Of a stretch of 64,000 bases of DNA, positions 8,345 to 17,920 are shown in pieces (position 1 is the first letter of the stretch; each line of letters starts with the position of its first letter). Both the position numbers and the translations under genes were made by a program. Under the pieces are notes generated by a model that was not told where the DNA came from, did not search any database, and worked only from the letters and a program-made list of their open reading frames with translations. Origin of the DNA: an uncultured Bacteroidaceae bacterium (GTDB taxonomy: Bacteria; Bacteroidota; Bacteroidia; Bacteroidales; Bacteroidaceae); contig CAKRYD010000004.1 of the NCBI GenBank assembly GCA_934426255.1, positions 28,320-92,319 of the forward strand, written 5' to 3'.

Positions 8345-10036
8345 ATGCTTGAGAAATACTTACGACAAACGCACTTTTCATCACAAGAAGATTTCAAGGA
8401 AAATCTGCACATCAACGTTCCCGACAACTTCAACTTCGCTTACGACGTGGTCGATGAATGGGCGCGTATAGAGCCCGACAGAAAAGCTCTGTTGTGGACC
8501 AATGATGAAAACAAGCACAGGCAGTTCACCTTCGCCGAGATGAAGCACTATTCAGACCAAACCGCATCCTATTTCAGCTCATTGGGAATAGGGCGCGGCG
8601 ACATGGTAATGCTCATACTGAAAAGGCGTTACGAATTTTGGTTCTCCATATTGGCACTCCACAAGCTGGGCGCAATATGCATCCCCGCCACACACCTGCT
8701 CACAGACAAAGACATCGAATACCGCTGCCAACGCGCATCCATCAAAGCCATCGTATGCGCCGGCGAAAAGACCATCACCGACCACATAGCAAAAGCCTTG
8801 CCCAACTGCCCCACCGTGGAAAAAGTCATCAGCGTAGGGCCGCTCATACCACCGGGCTTCGAGGATTTCGGCAAAGGCATCGAAAGCGCACCACCATTCA
8901 GGCAGCCCGCCAAAACCAACAGCAACAGCGACCCGTCGCTGCTCTATTTCACCAGCGGCACAACGGGAGAGCCCAAAATGGTAGTCCACGACTTTACCTA
9001 CCCCCTTGGACACATCGTAACCGGAGCCATATGGCACAACCTGCACAAAAGCAGCCTACATCTCACCATAGCCGACACCGGATGGGGCAAAGCCGTATGG
9101 GGAAAACTCTACGGGCAGTGGTTTGTGGGAGCCAACATCTTCGTCTACGACCATCAGAAGTTCACACCCGCCGACATACTGCACAAAATAGAGCAATACC
9201 AGGTCACATCGCTCTGCGCACCGCCCACCGTATTCCGCTTCCTCATCCATGAAGACCTGTCCAAATACAATCTGTCCTCATTGGAATACTGCACCATCGC
9301 AGGCGAAGCACTGAACCCCTCGGTGTTCAACGAATTCAAGCGCCTTACAGGGCTCCAACTCATGGAAGGCTTCGGCCAGACAGAAACAACGCTCACCATC
9401 GGCACCTTTCCGTGGATGAAACCAAAACCGGGCAGCATGGGCGTACCCAATCCGCAATACGACGTAGACCTGATCGACGAAAACGGACGCAGCGTAGAAG
9501 ACGGCGAACAAGGGCAGGTAGTCATACGCACCGGCAAAGGAAAACCCCTCGGCCTATTCAAAGAATACTACCTCGACGACAAACTCACCCGCGAAGCCTG
9601 GCACGACGGCATCTACTATACAGGCGACATAGCCTGGCGCGACGAAGACGGCTACTACTGGTACGTAGGCCGCACCGACGACGTCATTAAAAGTTCGGGC
9701 TATCGCATAGGCCCCTTCGAAGTGGAAAGCGCCGTCATGACACACCCGGCCGTCGTCGAATGCGCCATAACCGGCGTAAAAGATCCCATACGCGGCCAAG
9801 TAGTAAAGGCAACCATCGTGTTAGCAAACGCCTACAAGGAAAAAGCAGGAGAAGCCCTCGCCAAAGACATTCAAAACCACGTCAAGCAAGTGACAGCCCC
9901 CTACAAATATCCGCGTGTGATAGAATTCGTCGACGAACTGCCTAAAACCATCAGCGGCAAGATACGCCGCGTAGATATAAGGGCAAAACAGGAAACCGAC
10001 GAGCCACAAAAGCCAACAGACAACAAACCCGCTTGA
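8345..10036 (+). CDS. AMP-dependent acyl-CoA synthetase (medium-chain/ACSM-like)
   Basis: Adenylate-forming motifs are present: [36 protein letters not shown] and [10 protein letters not shown]. Confidence 0.85.
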   Translation: MLEKYLRQTHFSSQEDFKENLHINVPDNFNFAYDVVDEWARIEPDRKALLWTNDENKHRQFTFAEMKHYSDQTASYFSSLGIGRGDMVMLILKRRYEFWFSILALHKLGAICIPATHLLTDKDIEYRCQRASIKAIVCAGEKTITDHIAKALPNCPTVEKVISVGPLIPPGFEDFGKGIESAPPFRQPAKTNSNSDPSLLYFTSGTTGEPKMVVHDFTYPLGHIVTGAIWHNLHKSSLHLTIADTGWGKAVWGKLYGQWFVGANIFVYDHQKFTPADILHKIEQYQVTSLCAPPTVFRFLIHEDLSKYNLSSLEYCTIAGEALNPSVFNEFKRLTGLQLMEGFGQTETTLTIGTFPWMKPKPGSMGVPNPQYDVDLIDENGRSVEDGEQGQVVIRTGKGKPLGLFKEYYLDDKLTREAWHDGIYYTGDIAWRDEDGYYWYVGRTDDVIKSSGYRIGPFEVESAVMTHPAVVECAITGVKDPIRGQVVKATIVLANAYKEKAGEALAKDIQNHVKQVTAPYKYPRVIEFVDELPKTISGKIRRVDIRAKQETDEPQKPTDNKPA

Positions 10037-10038
10037 AA

Positions 10039-10479
10039 ATGTACACCACGCCGGAAGGAAAAGTAAACTGCCAACTGATAAAAGTACGCCCCATCACCGA
10101 TGAGCGCGGCTCCCTCTGTTATGTTGAAGCACACAAGGAAATACCGTTTCCCATCCAACGCATATTCTGGATCTACGACGTCAAAGAGGGAGCACAGCGC
10201 GGCGGACACGCCCACCTGACGTGCGCAGAAGCCGTGTTTCCTCTTTGCGGAAGCTTCGACATAGATATCGATGACGGCACACACCACCGGACTTTCACCC
10301 TTACGGCTCCCGATGAAGGCATCGTCGTCAATCCCGGCGTGTGGTGTGTCTTGCACGACTTCAGTCCCGGCACCGTCTGCATGGTTGCCGCATCGAAAGA
10401 ATACGACCCGAGCGGCTACATCAACGATTACAGCCAGTTTTTGGAACTGATGCACCGAAAACAAAAGCCGAATGATTGA
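10039..10479 (+). CDS. WxcM/FdtA-like dTDP-4-keto-6-deoxyhexose 3,4-ketoisomerase
   Basis: About 146-aa cupin with GSLCYVE...IPFPIQRIFWIYDV..GAQRGGHAH, the FdtA-type motif. The ATG at 10039 is 2 nt after the upstream stop. The ORF track start at 10033 is TTG. Confidence 0.75.
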   Translation: MYTTPEGKVNCQLIKVRPITDERGSLCYVEAHKEIPFPIQRIFWIYDVKEGAQRGGHAHLTCAEAVFPLCGSFDIDIDDGTHHRTFTLTAPDEGIVVNPGVWCVLHDFSPGTVCMVAASKEYDPSGYINDYSQFLELMHRKQKPND

Positions 10480-11419
10480 AACTGTCCCATATACCAACAA
10501 TTTCAAGTCAACCTGGAATGAATTTGTCAGCACATCGAAAAATGCAACATTCCTTCTTGACCGCAATTATATGGACTATCACGCCCAACGCTATAGGGAC
10601 TGTTCGCTGCTTTTCTTCGACAAGGGCAAACTTGCAGGCCTCCTGCCCGCCAACCTGGGCGAAAAGACGGTTTTTTCACACGAAGGGCTCACTTACGGAA
10701 GCCTGCTGGTTCAAAAAAACACCGGTTATGCCTTGATTCAGTCCATGCTCGATGCTGCCACAAGCCATTACCGCAATCATTTGAAGGCCACCGCTTTCAT
10801 CTACAAACCGATACCCGCCATTTATCACCGCTATCCGGCCGAGGAAGACCTTTATTGGTTGTTCGCTCAAGGCGCGCAGCTCACGGCGCGTTCGCTCTCG
10901 TCGACAATTGAACTGTCGTGCGCGCAACCGTTCTCGACACTCCGCAAACGGCATGCGTCGAAAGCCCGAAAATGCGGCCTCACCGTTACTGAAGCTACCG
11001 ACGAGAGCCAATGGAAAGCTTTTTGGAACATACTGACATCCGTTTTGCTTGCGCGCCACGGCTGCCGGCCCGTACATTCGCCCGACGAAATCCTTTTGCT
11101 CAAGCAACGCTTCAACAATATCAGGCTTTTCTGTGTGTTTAAGGACGTTGAAATGCTGGCTGGCTGCGTAGCCTATCTTACCGACCGCGTCATCCATATA
11201 CAATACATCGCTGCCAGTGACGAAGGCCGCCTCTATGGTGCTCTCGACTTGCTTTTCCTCACCATGCTGAGTCTTCCTATGTGTAAAGGTCGCCGTTATT
11301 TCGATTTCGGCATCTCTACCGAGCAGGGCGGAAAGCTTCTCAATCCGGGCTTGCTCTTTCAGAAAGAGGGATTCGGGGCTCGCGGAATCTGTTACGACCA
11401 ATACTGCTTGAAGTTATGA
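10472..11419 (+). CDS. FemAB/GNAT-like acyltransferase family protein
   Basis: 315 aa. The family call rests on overall resemblance to the GNAT (FemAB-type) proteins that accompany WxcM/DegT genes in polysaccharide loci. No sharp motif was verified. Overlaps neighbours by 8 and 4 nt. Confidence 0.5.
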   Translation: MIETVPYTNNFKSTWNEFVSTSKNATFLLDRNYMDYHAQRYRDCSLLFFDKGKLAGLLPANLGEKTVFSHEGLTYGSLLVQKNTGYALIQSMLDAATSHYRNHLKATAFIYKPIPAIYHRYPAEEDLYWLFAQGAQLTARSLSSTIELSCAQPFSTLRKRHASKARKCGLTVTEATDESQWKAFWNILTSVLLARHGCRPVHSPDEILLLKQRFNNIRLFCVFKDVEMLAGCVAYLTDRVIHIQYIAASDEGRLYGALDLLFLTMLSLPMCKGRRYFDFGISTEQGGKLLNPGLLFQKEGFGARGICYDQYCLKL

Positions 11420-12537
11420 GGACAGACATTAAATACTTGGACTTGCAGAAGGTAACCGAAGCTTTCGAGCCCGAACTCAGTAGGGCCATCCATAAAGTGA
11501 TTCAGTCGGGTTGGTTTCTTTATGGCTCAGAAACGCAACTCTTCGAGCAGGAATTTGCCGACTATTGCGGTGTGTCAGGATGTTTAGGCGTTGCCAACGG
11601 ATTGGATGCTCTTACCCTGATACTCAAATCGTATAAGTATCTCGAAGGGTGGGCCGACGGCGACGAAGTCATCGTACCGGCATTCACTTTCATCGCTTCG
11701 GCCGGTGCCATTGAGCGTGCCGGTCTCCGTTCCGTGTTCTGCGATGTCTCGTCCGACGACTATCTGCTCGATTCCCACCTGATCGAATCGCTCATAACGC
11801 CCCGCACGCGCGCCATCCTGCCTGTTCATCTCTACGGACGTGTCTGCGATATGGAAACCCTATGCCGCCTTGCCGATGCCTACGGTCTGAAAATCGTCGA
11901 AGATTGTGCCCAGGCCCACGGTACATGCTCCGAACAGGGAAAGAGAGCCGGCAGTTCAGGTCATGCCGCCGCCTTCAGCTTTTATCCGGGCAAGAACCTC
12001 GGTGCCCTGGGCGATGGCGGTGCCATTGTGAGCAACGACAAAGAACTTCTTGCCGAGGCACACACGATTGCCAACTACGGAATGTCGACCAAATACGTCC
12101 ATCCCATACAAGGCATCAACAGCCGTCTCGACGAGCTGCAAGCCGCTGTGCTGCGTGTCAAGTTGCGTCGTCTGGACGAAGCCAACGCCTGTCGCCGTCA
12201 AATTGCCCGTTCCTACGACGAGGGCATCAATAACCCTTTCATTCGCCTTCCCTATGCCGAAGCCCTCGGAGAGCGGAAAAGCGTCTATCATATCTATCCT
12301 ATCTTCTGTCAAGAGCGCGATAAGCTGCAATCCTATCTGGCGCAGCAGGGCATCCATACTCAGATACACTATCCCATTCCCGTCCACAAGCAGGGAGCCT
12401 ATGGGCAGTGGAGCCAGCATTGCTTTCCCGTAGCCGAACATTTGGCAGAGACAGAGCTGAGCCTGCCGCTCAATCCCTCATTAACACAAAACGAAGTCGA
12501 TTACATCATAGATAAACTAAACCATTTCAAATGCTAA
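11416..12537 (+). CDS. DegT/DnrJ/EryC1/StrS family sugar aminotransferase (FdtB/QdtB-like by context)
   Basis: SGWFLYG...GVANGLDAL...PAFTFIAS...AFSFYPGKNLGALGDGG carries the PLP-lysine motif. 373 aa. Confidence 0.9.
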   Translation: MRTDIKYLDLQKVTEAFEPELSRAIHKVIQSGWFLYGSETQLFEQEFADYCGVSGCLGVANGLDALTLILKSYKYLEGWADGDEVIVPAFTFIASAGAIERAGLRSVFCDVSSDDYLLDSHLIESLITPRTRAILPVHLYGRVCDMETLCRLADAYGLKIVEDCAQAHGTCSEQGKRAGSSGHAAAFSFYPGKNLGALGDGGAIVSNDKELLAEAHTIANYGMSTKYVHPIQGINSRLDELQAAVLRVKLRRLDEANACRRQIARSYDEGINNPFIRLPYAEALGERKSVYHIYPIFCQERDKLQSYLAQQGIHTQIHYPIPVHKQGAYGQWSQHCFPVAEHLAETELSLPLNPSLTQNEVDYIIDKLNHFKC

Positions 12538-13355
12538 CTCTTGATATACTTATTTGCTCGCTCAACACACGCATTGTGAGAGTCCCCGACATACTTATGC
12601 CGGTAAAGGAAGGTGTCAACTATATCATATCGCTGCAATACACCAAGGATGATTATCTGAAGATGATTCCCGAGGTGCTTTTGAAACGCAAAGACGTGAA
12701 ACTCGTCAAGTTGCGTGGCGAAGGATTGTCGGCCAACCGCAACAATGCCTTGTCGTATGCCACCTCCGACCTTGTTTACGTCATCGATGACGACACCCAT
12801 TTGTTGCCTCAAACCGTTGACGTCATTCAAGAAACCTTTGAAAAGAATGCCGACATCGATATTGCTGTTTTCAAGACGCAGAGCTATGCCGGAAAAGACG
12901 TTCACGAATACGAACAAAAGGAGCGCGACCTTACGACCTTCCGCGACATTCATTTTGTACTCACCACCGAGGTAGTCTGCCGCCGTTCAAGCATCGCCGG
13001 CGTTCTCTCGTTTGACCCGCGCTTCGGTCTGGGCTCACCTTTCCTGGCATGCTACGAAGAACAGATCTGGCTGGCCGATGCCCGCAGGCACAACCTGAAA
13101 ATAAGATACTTTCCCAAGGCCATCAACCAGACTTCGGCCATATTCCTGCCGCGCTTGATTTATGTCGACAACAATGTGCAGCGCTCATTCGGTGCCTTGC
13201 TCTATTATGTCTACGGGACGGCAGCGTTTTACAAGGCCTTCAAGTTTGCTTTCGTCTCGTTTCGCAAGCGCACCGCCCATTTCTTTTCATTATACCACCA
13301 TCTGCTGCAAGGCATTTTCTATATACGCAAGGCCAACAGCCGCCATCGTCCATGA
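12531..13355 (+). CDS. GT-A fold glycosyltransferase (paralog 1)
   Basis: DILICSLNTRI...GLSANRNNALSYATSDLVYVIDDDT contains a DxD. A clear paralog of the next gene. Confidence 0.65.
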   Translation: MLTLDILICSLNTRIVRVPDILMPVKEGVNYIISLQYTKDDYLKMIPEVLLKRKDVKLVKLRGEGLSANRNNALSYATSDLVYVIDDDTHLLPQTVDVIQETFEKNADIDIAVFKTQSYAGKDVHEYEQKERDLTTFRDIHFVLTTEVVCRRSSIAGVLSFDPRFGLGSPFLACYEEQIWLADARRHNLKIRYFPKAINQTSAIFLPRLIYVDNNVQRSFGALLYYVYGTAAFYKAFKFAFVSFRKRTAHFFSLYHHLLQGIFYIRKANSRHRP

Positions 13356-14143
13356 TTCTTGAAGTTCTTGTCTGCACATTCAACGACAGGATAGGGCGCG
13401 TTTCGGGCATATTCCTCCCACCCATGCCCGAGGTTCGCTATCTTGTGTCGTTTCAATATTCAGACGAGAAGTTCAAAGAGGCCGCCCGTTCGGCCGTTCC
13501 CCAACGCAGCGACATCCGCCTCACCTGTATCCAGGGACGCGGTCTGTCGGCCAACCGCAACAATGCCATTGCCCACGCCACAGGCGACATTTTGCTGATT
13601 GCCGACGACGATGTGAGCTATGAAAAAGACTTTTTCAGACACATCCTACAGTGCTTCCAATCCCATCCCCACCTTGACATAGGTTGCTTTCAGGCCGAGA
13701 CCCCCGACCATCGGCCCTTTCGCCGCTATGCCGGCCATTCGTTCGACTATGCCCACCAGCCTCGCGGCACTTATTTCTGTTCTGTCGAGATAGCCCTTCG
13801 CCGCCGTCCCGACTGTCCGTCTTTCGACGAGCGCTTTGGCCTGGGCGCGCCTTTCCTCGGTGCCGGTGAAGAAGAAGTGTTTCTTTTGCAGGCCTTCAAG
13901 CGCGGATGGTCCATCCGTTATTTCCCTTTTGTCGTGGTACGCACCGAAGCCGTCACCACCGGCCGCCGCTTCTTCACCTCGCCGCCGCTGCAGCGTTCCA
14001 AAGGAGCCGTGCTTTGCCTCATCCATGGTCCATGGAGTGCCTGGCTGCGCTGCCTGAAATATGCCTTCACCCATTTTCGCCAGTCCAATCCGCTGCGCTC
14101 ATTGTTTGAAATGACACGTGGCATATTCTACATCTGCCGATGA
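13352..14143 (+). CDS. GT-A fold glycosyltransferase (paralog 2)
   Basis: Start trimmed to ATG 13352 (MILEVLVCTFNDRI...), with an ATGA overlap on the previous stop. GLSANRNNAIAHATGDILLIADDDV is present. Confidence 0.65.
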   Translation: MILEVLVCTFNDRIGRVSGIFLPPMPEVRYLVSFQYSDEKFKEAARSAVPQRSDIRLTCIQGRGLSANRNNAIAHATGDILLIADDDVSYEKDFFRHILQCFQSHPHLDIGCFQAETPDHRPFRRYAGHSFDYAHQPRGTYFCSVEIALRRRPDCPSFDERFGLGAPFLGAGEEEVFLLQAFKRGWSIRYFPFVVVRTEAVTTGRRFFTSPPLQRSKGAVLCLIHGPWSAWLRCLKYAFTHFRQSNPLRSLFEMTRGIFYICR

Positions 14144-15066
14144 ACCTTGTAAGCGTCATCATGCCCTATCGCAACCGCGCCGCCAGCCTCGAACGCGCCA
14201 TGCAAAGCGTAAGAGCGCAGCGTTACAGACCTTTGCAACTGATTTTGGTCGACAACGGTTCAACCGACGATTCACACGCGATTGCCGAAACATTCAAGGA
14301 AAAATACGAAAAGCCCGATTTTTCTGTCCTTTCCACCGATTGCCCTACCGAAGGAGCATCGTGCGCACGCAATCGCGGTTTGGAAAAGGCAGAAGGCGCG
14401 TATGTCTGCTTCTTCGATTCCGACGACGAAATGTCCTACGACTACATAAGCAGCGTAGCCCCCATAGCCCGGGCACGAAAGCTCGATGCCGTGTTCAGCG
14501 TCACCAATATGGTGATGCCCGACGGCTCTGTCGTGGCGCGCAACTACGGCCGCAGCATGAATCCGGCCGCACAAATTCTCTCGGGCATGCTCTCCACTCA
14601 AGGTATCTTCGTGAGCAAAGCCTTTCTAGTTCGCTTGGGAGGCTGGAACGAGCTTCTGCCGTGTTGGAACGATTGGGAGCTGGGCCTGCGCCTGCTTTTG
14701 GCTCACCCTTCAGCCTGCTGGTACAGCAAAAAACCTTTCCACCGCATCTATCAGCATGCCGACAGCATCACCGGCAACAGCTACAGCCCCAATTGCGACA
14801 ACATCGTAAAAGCCCTCCATGCCGCACAAACCGATTTGGACAACTGCCCCACCGACGAGGCCCGTCGTTGCCGCCGTGCCCTGCTTTATAGAAGTGCCAT
14901 CATGGCCGCCTTGTGCCGCCGCGAGGGCAATAAAGATTGTGCCCGACGGCTTTGGACGGCATTCGGCAAGGGACTTCACACCGTTCCCGCGTTTCTGCTC
15001 TACGCCTATACCCGCATGGGCGGGCGAGGTGCGTGGCGCATTGCCCTTTGGTGGACACAGATTTAG
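14140..15066 (+). CDS. glycosyltransferase family 2 protein
   Basis: VSVIMPYRNRAASLERAMQSVRAQRY..LQLILVDNGSTDDS, plus the DxD in FFDSDDEM. Confidence 0.85.
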   Translation: MNLVSVIMPYRNRAASLERAMQSVRAQRYRPLQLILVDNGSTDDSHAIAETFKEKYEKPDFSVLSTDCPTEGASCARNRGLEKAEGAYVCFFDSDDEMSYDYISSVAPIARARKLDAVFSVTNMVMPDGSVVARNYGRSMNPAAQILSGMLSTQGIFVSKAFLVRLGGWNELLPCWNDWELGLRLLLAHPSACWYSKKPFHRIYQHADSITGNSYSPNCDNIVKALHAAQTDLDNCPTDEARRCRRALLYRSAIMAALCRREGNKDCARRLWTAFGKGLHTVPAFLLYAYTRMGGRGAWRIALWWTQI

Positions 15067-15163
15067 GAAGAAAGGTTAGGGGTAAAATTTGCTCTCTGCG
15101 GTTTTCGATTGGCAGCCTTTGAGTTGACATTTGCCGCGTCAGCCAACCGGCCTTGCCGGCCTC

Positions 15164-15754
15164 TCATTGCGACAGGAGGCCTTCGCGTTGCAACATGTCA
15201 CGATAAAAAGCCGCTTTCTTATCGAGTGCCAACGGATAAGAACGGCTGCTGCTCGGCATGCGATACAGGCGTATGCCAAGACTTTCCACTTCGGTAAAAC
15301 TTCCTACAGCGGGTCTCTTTACGTCCAGGGCGTCACACAGCTCTTCGGCAGCTTTGCCGCCCGTGGCCGCCACAGCCTTGCAGCAGGGAATGCGCTTGAG
15401 CAAGGCATTTATGTCGGTGCGCCCGACTACCTGCAGAAACTGGTCGGAAGCATTGCCTTTGAGGCGCTTCACAGTCACGGCCGTGTCGAAAAGGGCAATG
15501 CCTTTTTCCTTCAGGAAACGCTCGATGTTAGGTTGCCTGAATTTCTTGTTGGCAGCGTCATAAAAATAATTTTTATCGCCAAAGAATATTAGGGCGTAGA
15601 TGCGCCACATGTCGTTCTGCACATTGGGATAAAAAAAGTCCATCGACCATCGTTTGCGCGGTGGCGGGAAGCTGCCGAGCATGAGTAGCCGGCTGTTTTC
15701 GGGCAAGAACGGCTGCAAGGGATGATATTCGAGGATTTCGGCTTCGGAAGTCAT
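15164..15754 (-). CDS. uracil-DNA glycosylase superfamily protein (DNA-deoxyinosine glycosylase-like)
   Basis: HPLQPFLPENSRLLMLGSFPPPRKRW...FFYPNVQNDMWRI has the GSFP motif typical of this UDG subfamily. Confidence 0.75.
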   Translation of the reverse strand: MTSEAEILEYHPLQPFLPENSRLLMLGSFPPPRKRWSMDFFYPNVQNDMWRIYALIFFGDKNYFYDAANKKFRQPNIERFLKEKGIALFDTAVTVKRLKGNASDQFLQVVGRTDINALLKRIPCCKAVAATGGKAAEELCDALDVKRPAVGSFTEVESLGIRLYRMPSSSRSYPLALDKKAAFYRDMLQREGLLSQ

Positions 15755-16863
15755 TTCTTGTACTTCTTTTTCTTGAGAAAATTGAATCCGGCATAGAAGC
15801 TTGCCGTCACCAGGGAATTGCGGATGGAAAACATGGGCTTCTTATAGGTGTAGGTATGGCCTACGAGCGAAATGCCGGCAAAGTAGCGCGAATTGTTCCA
15901 CACGACGGAAGCGCGCGTAATGAAGTCGAAATTGAGGGCATCGAGGTCAAACAGTTTTTCGGACGCATTGAATTTTTCGCCCTTTGAGAAATTGTAGCCA
16001 AAGGTGGGCGAAAAAGTAAAATTGGCCAGGAAATTCTTGTGAAACACCCAGTTATAACCATATCCCGCACTTATGCTATAGTCACGGTAATGCACCGCGC
16101 CCACTTTCAGCTCGTCGAGCAAGAGCGGGCGGCCGTTATCGTCGTAAAGAAGAGCCGAAGGTAGTTTGGTATAGTCGAACCTTACATTTTCATGTGTATA
16201 GTTGAACCCGAGGATAAAGCCTCCCGTGCTTCGTTTTTGCACGGTGGATTGGCTGTAGGCCGCGGGATAAGAAAAATGCTTGTTATTAAAGAGGTAATAT
16301 ACATGAAGGTTCATGAAATAGGTGCTCATTCCCGAAAAAGACATGTTGCGTATGCCGTCGGCGGCATCGTTGCCGAATCCGCTGGCGCTTTTCAAACGAT
16401 AGTTGTTGGCATCGGCCTCATAATAGTAGTCTATCCCCACAAATTGCGAATAGAGACTGAGATAGATGCTTGAGCGGTCGAACGAAGAGCCTTTGGCACC
16501 GATATTAAACGTATATCCCAGAAACAACAGGCTGAAACCCACATAAGGCCCCATGCGAAAAGGCATGTCGGGCGAAAAGCGCAGCTCCTGCTTGTTGCCA
16601 TCGGCATCGTGGGCACTGAGCGAATAGAAAGAATAGCGTTTTTCGCCCAAAAGCATGGCACAAGCGTGGTAGCGATTGGGGGCTATGTAGTTGGTATCTA
16701 CTTCGGTGATGGATTGCAGAAAACCGCGCAGACCTTTCCGCTTGGCCTTCGGTTGTATGTTGGACGAAAAGAGGCTGTCAGCGGCTATAGGCTCATGGTT
16801 TTCGGCCGAGAGGGGAGACACTGCCAACAATAAGCATAAGAAGAGACACGCCCGTTGTAGCAT
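15751..16863 (-). CDS. putative outer-membrane beta-barrel protein (DUF4421-like)
   Basis: The ATG at 16863 gives the signal peptide MLQRACLFLCLLLAVSPLSAE. The body is aromatic and Gly rich with alternating pattern, and it ends in F..KKKKYKK. The family name is recalled, not verified. Confidence 0.45.
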   Translation of the reverse strand: MLQRACLFLCLLLAVSPLSAENHEPIAADSLFSSNIQPKAKRKGLRGFLQSITEVDTNYIAPNRYHACAMLLGEKRYSFYSLSAHDADGNKQELRFSPDMPFRMGPYVGFSLLFLGYTFNIGAKGSSFDRSSIYLSLYSQFVGIDYYYEADANNYRLKSASGFGNDAADGIRNMSFSGMSTYFMNLHVYYLFNNKHFSYPAAYSQSTVQKRSTGGFILGFNYTHENVRFDYTKLPSALLYDDNGRPLLLDELKVGAVHYRDYSISAGYGYNWVFHKNFLANFTFSPTFGYNFSKGEKFNASEKLFDLDALNFDFITRASVVWNNSRYFAGISLVGHTYTYKKPMFSIRNSLVTASFYAGFNFLKKKKYKK

Positions 16864-16871
16864 CTGACTGC

Positions 16872-17864
16872 TCAAAGCTTACCCAAAATTCTGTCGACCA
16901 CCCAATTGACCGATGTGGCACTGACGCTGTCGCAGGTGCATATCGTTTTTTGCTGCAAATGCTCCACCACTTGTTTGATGAGCGGCAGCTGCACATGGGG
17001 TGGGTTTTCAATGACAAATTCTTCGCGGCCCCTCTCCGTATGGAGTGCTATGGGCTGGTAGGTAAACACAGAAAAACAAATTTGCCCCTTGTTGCCGATA
17101 ATTTCAATGCGGTCTTCCTTGGCCGACTCGTGGGCCACGAAGCACCACGAACCCGAGCCCGGAAGCCCTCCGGCAAAGCGAAAACAGGCACTGACCGAGT
17201 CTTCCGTTTCGTAAAGACCACCGCGGTTGGCGCTATAGCCCTTGGCCTCGATGATGGGGCCGAGCATGCCTTGCAACAAATCGATCTGATGGGGAGCCAA
17301 ATCGTAGAAATAACCACCGCCGGCAATGTCGGGCTGAACGCGCCAGGGCAGATTGGTGCGGTTGTAGTCCAAATCGCGGGGAGGCACGGCAAACCTTATT
17401 TGCACATTGATGACAGTTCCTATGTCGCCCTGCCGAATCATCTCTTTCACTTTCTGAAAGTAGGGAAGGTAGCGGCGATAATAGGCTACAAAGCAAGGTA
17501 CACCGGTTTTCTCGGAGATGCGATTGATGCGGCCGCATTCTTCATAGTTGGACGAAAGCGGTTTTTCAACGTATACGGGTTTGCCCGATTTCATGGCCAT
17601 GATGGCATAGGTGGCATGGGTCGAAGGCGGCGTTGCAATGTAGACAGCATTGACATCGGGGTCGTCAATCAGTTCCTGCGGGTCTGTATACCAGCGCGGT
17701 ATGTTATGACGCTCGGCATAAGAGCGCGCTTTTTCCTTGGTGCGGCTCATCACGGCAACTACTCTCGAACCTTCTATAAGACTGAACGCCGGTCCGCTTT
17801 TTTTCTCGGTGACTTCACCGCAGCCGATGAATCCCCATTGAACGGTAGTTAATTTGTCTATCAT
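16872..17864 (-). CDS. Gfo/Idh/MocA family oxidoreductase
   Basis: The N-terminal Rossmann motif is WGFIGCGEVTEKKSGPAF, and EKP is present in VYVEKPLS. The ATG at 17864 is preferred over TTG at 17882. Confidence 0.85.
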   Translation of the reverse strand: MIDKLTTVQWGFIGCGEVTEKKSGPAFSLIEGSRVVAVMSRTKEKARSYAERHNIPRWYTDPQELIDDPDVNAVYIATPPSTHATYAIMAMKSGKPVYVEKPLSSNYEECGRINRISEKTGVPCFVAYYRRYLPYFQKVKEMIRQGDIGTVINVQIRFAVPPRDLDYNRTNLPWRVQPDIAGGGYFYDLAPHQIDLLQGMLGPIIEAKGYSANRGGLYETEDSVSACFRFAGGLPGSGSWCFVAHESAKEDRIEIIGNKGQICFSVFTYQPIALHTERGREEFVIENPPHVQLPLIKQVVEHLQQKTICTCDSVSATSVNWVVDRILGKL

Positions 17865-17889
17865 ACGCACAAAGGTAGTCAAAAATCCG

Positions 17890-17897
17890 TATCTTTG
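17890..17897 (+). promoter_or_regulatory. -7 box TATCTTTG
   Basis: Exact match 24 nt upstream of the ATG at 17921. Confidence 0.5.
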
Positions 17898-17920
17898 CCG
17901 TTAGTTTGAAGTAAAATAAA

